Positions 37,072 through 42,438 of a stretch of 42,438 nt of DNA are shown here, one piece after another (within the stretch, counting starts at the first letter, position 1; every line of letters starts with the position of its first letter). The stretch covers positions 1-42,438 of the forward strand of contig JAXHVM010000001.1 of the NCBI GenBank assembly GCA_034189185.1. Reading direction: 5' to 3'. This DNA comes from Deferribacterota bacterium (lineage in GTDB: Bacteria > Chrysiogenota > Deferribacteres > Deferribacterales > UBA228). The notes beneath the pieces are model-generated. The model saw only the letters and a program-made list of their open reading frames with translations, did not search any database and had not been told where the DNA came from. The position numbers and the translations under genes were made by a program.

Positions 37072-37534
37072 CCTTAAACATTTCCTCCTTAGTTGGTCTA
37101 ACCCATTCTTGAGTTCTATGAAAAAAAGCTACATAACCTCTCACCTGTAATTTTCCATCTTCTTCCCATATTTTAGTTCTATACCATTTACCCTTTTCAG
37201 GATCAAGAATTTTACCATTGGTCCACACATTATCTTCTTTTGTTAATCCATTGATAATAACCATACCAATTATCTTTTTATTCTTATATTCCCCTTCACA
37301 TTTGTCACATACTGGATCAGGATCTTCTCCTTCTTCCCTAAAAAGTTTCACTATCTTACCATAGAGTTTGCCGTTCTCTATGTATAAATTAACTATTGAT
37401 TTTGGTTTACCAGTTTCATCATCAATAGTTTTCCACTGACCAAGAATGGTCTCATCGTCATTTTGTGCAAAGATAGTTTGCGTAAAAGCAAAAGTCAAAC
37501 AGAACACCATAAATAACTTCAACAGATTTCTCAT
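37061..37534 (-). CDS. Secreted DUF2147-domain protein
   Basis: 157 aa. Signal peptide (MVFCLTFAFTQTIFA/QN). Motifs: GQWKTIDDETGKPKSIV, CDKCEG, GKILDPEKGKWYRTKIW, LQVRGY, RTQEWVR. It overlaps the thioesterase start by 11 nt. Confidence 0.75.
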   Translation of the reverse strand: MRNLLKLFMVFCLTFAFTQTIFAQNDDETILGQWKTIDDETGKPKSIVNLYIENGKLYGKIVKLFREEGEDPDPVCDKCEGEYKNKKIIGMVIINGLTKEDNVWTNGKILDPEKGKWYRTKIWEEDGKLQVRGYVAFFHRTQEWVRPTKEEMFKGEL

Positions 37535-37570
37535 AATTACCTCCTAATGTTTTGTTATATAAAGGTAACA

Positions 37571-37599
37571 TATTATAAAAAGGAATTATATGTTTGTCA
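37571..37599 (-). promoter_or_regulatory. Consensus sigma70 promoter for the DUF2147-thioesterase operon
   Basis: On the minus strand: TTGACA (37599-37594), 17-nt spacer, TATAAT (37576-37571), about 35 nt before the ATG at 37534, with a GGAGG SD in between. Confidence 0.6.
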
Positions 37600-37600
37600 A

Positions 37601-37618
37601 TATGAATAAAAATATTCA
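37601..37618. promoter_or_regulatory. Inverted repeat ATGAATA-N4-TATTCAT abutting the -35 box
   Basis: Perfect 7-bp arms read directly from the sequence, located 2 nt upstream of the -35 hexamer of the promoter above. Confidence 0.35.
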
Positions 37619-37970
37619 TTCAATATAATTTATTAAGTAGTTAAACATCTTATTTAACACTAGTTTATTAGATGAAGCTTTAAAATATTTTTCTAGTATT
37701 TTATAAATTAAAAGTTTTTTGTTTTATAATTAACAAATACATTATTATGTTAAAAAGTTTATTTATTATAAGATAAATTGTGGCATTTTAATAGATTACA
37801 GTAAATTATGTAAAACTTGTGTATTTACTAAAATTGTAAGTAATCGTAATTCGCTAAGGACCTATTTATCCAAAAATTAAACATTTAAATTTTTTCAATT
37901 AATATTTTATATTCTTATATTTTATGTTACTATATATACTAGGGTAATATAAATTGAGGAGTCTGAATAA

Positions 37971-38957
37971 ATGATAGAAAAAGATCCCTTTGGGAATATA
38001 AGAATTAATTTTAAAAAGATTAAATTTAAAGATTTGAGAGTTATTTTTATTATTGCTATTATTATCTTGTTGGTTTGGGTATCAACTGGTTTATACATGA
38101 TAGATGCTAGCGAGAATGGAGTTGTAAAAAGGTTTGGCAAAGTTGTAAAGATTGTTGGTCCAGGGCTGCATTATCATATGCCCTTTCCGATTGAGACTGT
38201 TGATAAAGCAGAGATAGCAAAGATTCATAGAATAGAGGTTGGTTATAGAACAACAGTGGGTGGTAGAGTGAAAGAGATTTCTAGTGAGTCATTAATGCTT
38301 ACAGGGGATGAAAACATAGTAAGTATTGATTTTATTGTTCAATATAAGATTAGCGATATAATCAAATATCTCTATGAGGTTTCTAATGTTAGAAAAACTA
38401 TTAAAGAGGCAGCCGAAGCTGTTATTAGAGAAGTTGCAGGGAAAGAAAAAATAGATGATATATTAACAACAGGTAAAGGCAGGATTCAGATTGAAACAAT
38501 GAGATCATTACAAAAAATTTTAGATAGCTATAATTGTGGGGTAAAAGTTGTATTAGTACAATTACAAGATATATCCCCACCAACACCAGTGGATGCTGCC
38601 TTTAAAGATGTTGCTAGTGCAAAAGAAGATAGAAATAGATTTGTCAATGAAGCAAAAGCTTATAGGAATGAAGTGATACCAAAAGCCAGAGCAAAAGCTG
38701 CCTCAATAATATACCAGGCTCAGGCATATAGTTCAGAGCAAGTTGAACAGGCAAAGGGTGAGACCTCTAGATTCTTGCAAATTTTTGAGGAGTACAAAAA
38801 ATCTCCGCTAATTACAAAGAGACGTTTATACTTAGAAAATGTGAGTAAATTTTTAAGTAAAAGCAGAAACTACATATTTGACTCCAATATAACTGAAATT
38901 AGACCTTTGTTGGGTCTAGATAGTATTAAGAGAAAGGAGATTGGAAGTGAAAAATAG
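37971..38957 (+). CDS. hflK: SPFH-domain protease modulator HflK
   Basis: 328 aa. One N-terminal TM helix, then a band-7 domain (GVVKRFGKVVKIVGPGLHYHMPFPIE, MLTGDENIVSIDFIVQY) and a coiled-coil tail. Confidence 0.88.
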   Translation: MIEKDPFGNIRINFKKIKFKDLRVIFIIAIIILLVWVSTGLYMIDASENGVVKRFGKVVKIVGPGLHYHMPFPIETVDKAEIAKIHRIEVGYRTTVGGRVKEISSESLMLTGDENIVSIDFIVQYKISDIIKYLYEVSNVRKTIKEAAEAVIREVAGKEKIDDILTTGKGRIQIETMRSLQKILDSYNCGVKVVLVQLQDISPPTPVDAAFKDVASAKEDRNRFVNEAKAYRNEVIPKARAKAASIIYQAQAYSSEQVEQAKGETSRFLQIFEEYKKSPLITKRRLYLENVSKFLSKSRNYIFDSNITEIRPLLGLDSIKRKEIGSEK

Positions 38958-39801
38958 TTTAGTTATTATATCTGTTTTGTTATTATTGATGATAATTTTG
39001 TTAATTAATGCTCTTTTTACTGTTGAAGTATCAGAGCAGGTAATTATTACACAAATGGGCGAACCTGTTAATGTAATAAAAGACCCCGGTTTAAAGATGA
39101 AAATACCATTTATTCAAAAAGTGAATACCTTAAGTAAAAAGCTACTTGAGTACGATGCAGAACCTGCAGAAATAATAACCAAAGATAAAAAGATATTGGT
39201 TGTAGATAATTACTGTAAATGGAGGATAGTCGATCCACTTAGATTTTATCTTACAGTGAGAGATATGGAAAGAGCATTAACACGTATAGATGATATTATA
39301 TACTCTGAAATGAGGATAGAGCTTGCAAATCATAATTTATCTTCAGTTATTTCAGAAAATAGAAAAAAAATAATGCACAATGTTACAACTTTGTCCAGAA
39401 AAAAAGCTGAAGAATATGGTGTTTATATTGATGACGTGAGAATTAAAAGGGCAGATCTACCAAAAGAAAATGAGGAGAGGGTTTTTGACAGGATGAGATC
39501 AGAGAGAATAAGGATAGCAAAAAGATATAGGTCAGAGGGGAAGGAGGAAGCTGCAAAAATTCGATCAAGGACAGATAAAGAGAGGCGGGTTATAATAGCA
39601 GAAGCTTATAGGAAAATGGAGGAGATAAAGGGAAAAGCAGATGCTCAAGTTATAAAAATCACATCTAAAGCCTATAGCAAGGATCCTGAATTCTACAATT
39701 ATATGAAATCCTTAGAGGTATATAACAAGATTATTGATAACAGCAGTCATCTATTTTTATCAACAGATGATAAATTGTTTAATTATCTTTTTATAAAATA
39801 A
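38947..39801 (+). CDS. hflC: SPFH-domain protease modulator HflC
   Basis: N-terminal TM helix and a band-7 domain (PGLKMKIPFIQKV, VVDNYCKWRIVDP). AAGGAG at 38934-38939 lies 7 nt before the GTG at 38947; the track ORF starts at TTG 38941. It overlaps the hflK stop. Confidence 0.85.
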   Translation: MKNSLVIISVLLLLMIILLINALFTVEVSEQVIITQMGEPVNVIKDPGLKMKIPFIQKVNTLSKKLLEYDAEPAEIITKDKKILVVDNYCKWRIVDPLRFYLTVRDMERALTRIDDIIYSEMRIELANHNLSSVISENRKKIMHNVTTLSRKKAEEYGVYIDDVRIKRADLPKENEERVFDRMRSERIRIAKRYRSEGKEEAAKIRSRTDKERRVIIAEAYRKMEEIKGKADAQVIKITSKAYSKDPEFYNYMKSLEVYNKIIDNSSHLFLSTDDKLFNYLFIK

Positions 39802-39957
39802 AAGCACATTTGTTGTGCCTCATTATTATAAAATTCATTTTTTTGGCTGTTTAAGTAACTTACAAGTGAGAGATTTTTTATAAGTAAAGATACGTTAGCA
39901 ATTTTGATATTGTTGATAAAACTATAAAAGTTATTTTTTTAAAATAAATCTTATTGA

Positions 39958-40617
39958 TTGACTTTTAAATATATTAATATTATTAAACAAACTAATATGT
40001 TGAGTTTAATAGCTAAAGAATTAAAGAATCATATGCCCTTTACTACTGTTGGGGCAATAACAGGGATAGTTTTGTTGCTCTTGTTAAGAACTGTTCCTTA
40101 TGAGGTTTCATATAAGATTTTCTATATTTTTCACCCACTGCATGTGTTAATGAGTGCACTTGTAACGACATCTCTTTTAATAATATATAAATCTGATAAT
40201 AATTATAAACCAACTTTTCTAAATGTTTTTATAATTGGATATATTGGTTCTGTGGGAATAGCAACTATAAGTGATTCCATTGTGCCATATCTAGGCGAAT
40301 GGTTGTTAGATCTTCCAAATCGTGGTATTCATTTAGGGTTTATTGAAAAATGGTGGCTAGTTAATCCTCTTGCTATATTGGGAATAATTATAGCCTATTT
40401 TAAAGCTATTACTAAGATTCCCCATTTTTTACACGTATTAATTAGCACATGGGCCTCACTCTTCCATATTCTTATGGCAGGAGGTTCAGTAGATATATTT
40501 ACAAGTATTGTTGTCTTTATATTCTTGTTTTTAGCTGTATGGTTACCTTGTTGTACAAGTGATATAGTTTTTCCTTTGTTGTTTGTAGGTGATAAACACG
40601 TACATAATCATAATTAA
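39958..40617 (+). CDS. Polytopic membrane protein with conserved His motifs and a Cys/His-rich tail, family unknown
   Basis: About 6 hydrophobic helices. Motifs: NHMPF, FHPLHVLMSAL, PHFLHVLISTWASLFH, and the C-terminal WLPCCTSD...GDKHVHNHN. The start is uncertain (TTG 39958 or ATG 39997), and neither has a clear SD. Confidence 0.55.
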   Translation: MTFKYINIIKQTNMLSLIAKELKNHMPFTTVGAITGIVLLLLLRTVPYEVSYKIFYIFHPLHVLMSALVTTSLLIIYKSDNNYKPTFLNVFIIGYIGSVGIATISDSIVPYLGEWLLDLPNRGIHLGFIEKWWLVNPLAILGIIIAYFKAITKIPHFLHVLISTWASLFHILMAGGSVDIFTSIVVFIFLFLAVWLPCCTSDIVFPLLFVGDKHVHNHN

Positions 40618-40624
40618 AATAGAG

Positions 40625-41929
40625 TTAATCTTCAAAGAGATAATTATAAGCATTAGGAATAAAAGCAATGTTTCTATTATTCGGATTTATTGTTTTAAGC
40701 GCCTCTATGGAGTTTATTTTCTTAAAGCCCATTTTTCTGCATTCTTGTTCATCAAAATTTGAGTAGAGATTTATATCATAATTTTCAGTGAGTAATTTTA
40801 ACGAATATGCAGTTTGTCTATTAACATGATAATTCTTAATTAGCTCTTTGATCATTTCTTTAGAGCTTCCTATATCGAAAAATTCTTTAAAATAATTGTT
40901 GCCAAACCCATCAATGCATTCACTAAAAAAATATATTTGAGCCTTTTCTTTGGCAATATTAGAGATTCTATTTAGTGATTTGTGGGCCTGTACCATATTA
41001 ATGTCTTTTGGAAAACCGCCGCAGGATACAATTAATATATCATATTTTTTGTTAACCTTAATTGCAGTCATGTCAAAATATTCTCTACAGGCTTCTATGT
41101 GGGACATAAAAAGATCACCACTTACAATATCTATTAAATTTTCCTTCTCATCTATAATTGTATTTATTGCAAATAGCGTTTTGTTAGCTTTGGTTATCAT
41201 AACACCTTCAATGATATCGTTATGTACTGGGTTGTTTTGCAGTTTTCCCGTTGTTGCAGTTGGTCTTCTTTTTAGGTTTTTTTCATCTATTACGAGCTTG
41301 TGATTATTAATAATTGTATTTTCTGCCGCGATCCCTGGTATAATCATTTTACGTCCACCACCAAATCCTGCAAAATAGTGGTATGTAATTGCTCCAATAG
41401 TTATTATTAGATCACTATTGTGATAAGCACTATTTAGTAGCAAGGGTGTTCCTTTTTTTGTTTTACCATAATATATATGGTTTATTCTATCATATGGATT
41501 GTGTTCTATAACCTTATCTTTAACTATATCATATATATCATAACCAATTATTTCTTTAATTTCATTTGATGTTATTGACCTATGAATCCCAGTGGCGAAT
41601 ATTATATTAAAGGGTTTATTATTTTTACAAATATCATTTATTAAATAGGGTAAAATAAATTTAACGCCACTTTTTCTTGTTATATCCGGTAGAACTATTA
41701 GAATTTTCTTTGCTTTATTGATGAGTGCATTTAGACTTTGACTTTTTATAGCGTAGGTCATTGTTTTTTTATATATTTCATCATTGCTTAAGTGAGGTGT
41801 TTCTTTATTAGAATCTATCAATTCGACTTTAAATGGTAGTTTAATATTAAATATTTCTTTACCATATCTTATATGTAGATTATCCACCAATTGAGGACAT
41901 AGGCGTGTCATTACCACCACCTTTATCAT
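40625..41929 (-). CDS. larA: LarA-family (DUF2088) nickel-pincer-cofactor-dependent racemase/epimerase homolog
   Basis: 434 aa. Motifs: IVLPDITRKSG, ATGIHRS, ITYHYFAGFGGGRKMIIPGIAAENTIINNHK. This matches the His/Lys/His pattern of LarA active sites as I remember them. An alternative GTG start at 41887 would give a GTGGATAA stop-start overlap with moaA. Confidence 0.75.
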   Translation of the reverse strand: MIKVVVMTRLCPQLVDNLHIRYGKEIFNIKLPFKVELIDSNKETPHLSNDEIYKKTMTYAIKSQSLNALINKAKKILIVLPDITRKSGVKFILPYLINDICKNNKPFNIIFATGIHRSITSNEIKEIIGYDIYDIVKDKVIEHNPYDRINHIYYGKTKKGTPLLLNSAYHNSDLIITIGAITYHYFAGFGGGRKMIIPGIAAENTIINNHKLVIDEKNLKRRPTATTGKLQNNPVHNDIIEGVMITKANKTLFAINTIIDEKENLIDIVSGDLFMSHIEACREYFDMTAIKVNKKYDILIVSCGGFPKDINMVQAHKSLNRISNIAKEKAQIYFFSECIDGFGNNYFKEFFDIGSSKEMIKELIKNYHVNRQTAYSLKLLTENYDINLYSNFDEQECRKMGFKKINSIEALKTINPNNRNIAFIPNAYNYLFED

Positions 41930-42438
41930 TAATTATATTATGATTTTTTGGTTTCATGTCTATTGCTTTTTGGACTGTTTTAAGAAAGTTTTTGCTATCC
42001 CTTTTTTTGATAATGTCAAAGAGCGATATTTCGTTATTTGAGAGCAAACAGGGTCTTATATTGCCATTTGCTAATATTCTTATTTTATTACAATATTTAC
42101 AAAAATGATTAGTAATGGGTGTTATAAGTCCAATAATACCACCATTAGATAGTTGATAGTCTGTGGAGGTTGTATTATAATGATCCTCTATTTTTTTAAA
42201 GCTGTATTTAGATGAGATTATTTTCAGCACATCCTCTTTTTTTATTATTTTATCCTCATTCCATTTATTATCTCCAACTGGCATAAACTCAATGAATCTA
42301 ACAAATGTATTTGTTTTTGCTGCAAACTCACAGAAATCTAATATTTCACCATCATTAAAACCTTTTAAAAGCACAGTATTTATTTTTATGGGTTTAAAAC
42401 CTAGTTTATTTGCTAATTCGATATTCTCTAATATTCTT
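41880..42438 (-). CDS. moaA: GTP 3',8-cyclase MoaA, N-terminus outside the window
   Basis: The frame is open to the window end (…RILENIELANKLGFKPIKINTVLLKGFNDGEI…). The C-terminal half of MoaA is present, with the auxiliary-cluster CKYCNKIR region and the terminal Gly-Gly (SSIGG). Confidence 0.85.
   Translation of the reverse strand, partial: RILENIELANKLGFKPIKINTVLLKGFNDGEILDFCEFAAKTNTFVRFIEFMPVGDNKWNEDKIIKKEDVLKIISSKYSFKKIEDHYNTTSTDYQLSNGGIIGLITPITNHFCKYCNKIRILANGNIRPCLLSNNEISLFDIIKKRDSKNFLKTVQKAIDMKPKNHNIINDKGGGNDTPMSSIGG

Noticed and set aside
37589-37627. 12-codon ORF MFVNMNKNIHSI with an AAGGA 5 nt upstream, in the DUF2147-hflK spacer
   Set aside because: It is too short, it overlaps the opposite-strand consensus promoter and the inverted repeat that better explain the sequence, and it has no supporting context.
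37619-37970. Possible sRNA or riboswitch in the long (436 bp) spacer upstream of hflK, including the imperfect hairpin around 37796-37850
   Set aside because: The region is uniformly AT-rich, with only weak A/T stems. It has no GC-rich structured core, no terminator and no recognisable riboswitch motif.
1829-41303. About 35 short ORFs (60-148 aa) nested antisense or out of frame inside larger genes, for example 4325..4771, 24234..24626, 26337..26714, 35615..36150, 40950..41303
   Set aside because: Each lies wholly within a longer ORF with clear family motifs. Their translations are low-complexity (Ser/Leu/Ile/Phe-rich), as expected for shadow frames of AT-rich coding DNA. None has a recognisable SD or motif.
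1-42438. CRISPR arrays, defence islands, toxin-antitoxin pairs, transposons, prophage remnants, selenocysteine or programmed-frameshift genes
   Set aside because: I looked on both strands. There are no spaced direct-repeat arrays, no nuclease, helicase, methylase, integrase or transposase motifs, and no pairs of tiny overlapping ORFs with TA-like features. No large ORF is interrupted by a single in-frame TGA or a frame shift, other than the two remnants already reported.

Overview
This is a 42.4 kb chromosomal segment that is visibly AT-rich (roughly 30% GC by eye). The gene content suggests a motile, diderm anaerobe: a chemoreceptor, beta-barrel outer-membrane proteins, PFOR, a radical-dehydratase-type enzyme and c-di-GMP signalling. 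I cannot name the organism. I support 35 protein-coding genes (two cut by the window edges), a tRNA-Gly/Cys/Phe cluster, two decayed gene remnants, several promoter-like and terminator-like sites, and one short hairpin-repeat family. Content in order: cbiH-cbiJ; a chemoreceptor; hslVU plus a secreted repeat protein; two tandem paralogous outer-membrane proteins; a tightly coupled TSUP permease / small membrane protein / ispG / Cache-EAL block; a three-gene biotin-dependent acyl-CoA carboxylase; three tRNAs; ppx / DUF445 / lipoprotein; nifJ divergent from lutC and a fused lutB-lutA; a UDP-glucuronate-decarboxylase remnant; a two-domain PPK2; glpK plus a small conserved protein; a single-subunit 2-hydroxyacyl-CoA-dehydratase-family protein with its activase; TetR, an acyl-CoA ligase remnant, an acyl-CoA dehydrogenase, a thioesterase and DUF2147; hflKC; a His-rich membrane protein; a larA-like gene; and moaA. 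I found no transposase, integrase, phage gene, CRISPR array, restriction or defence-type nuclease or helicase, toxin-antitoxin pair or rRNA. Most of the window is ordinary core metabolism. The best candidate for an incompletely understood system is the orphan dehydratase-family/activase pair at 32.3-34.3 kb, which resembles double-cubane-cluster-protein modules of unknown physiological substrate, together with its decaying TetR/acyl-CoA neighbourhood. Other points worth a second look are a non-random ACTTCGNAAGT hairpin repeat confined to two intergenic spacers, mosaic identity between the tandem porin paralogs, two gene remnants, and a chemoreceptor whose only sensor candidate is a C-terminal cytoplasmic domain. 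All family assignments come from motif reading and memory, not from database searches.
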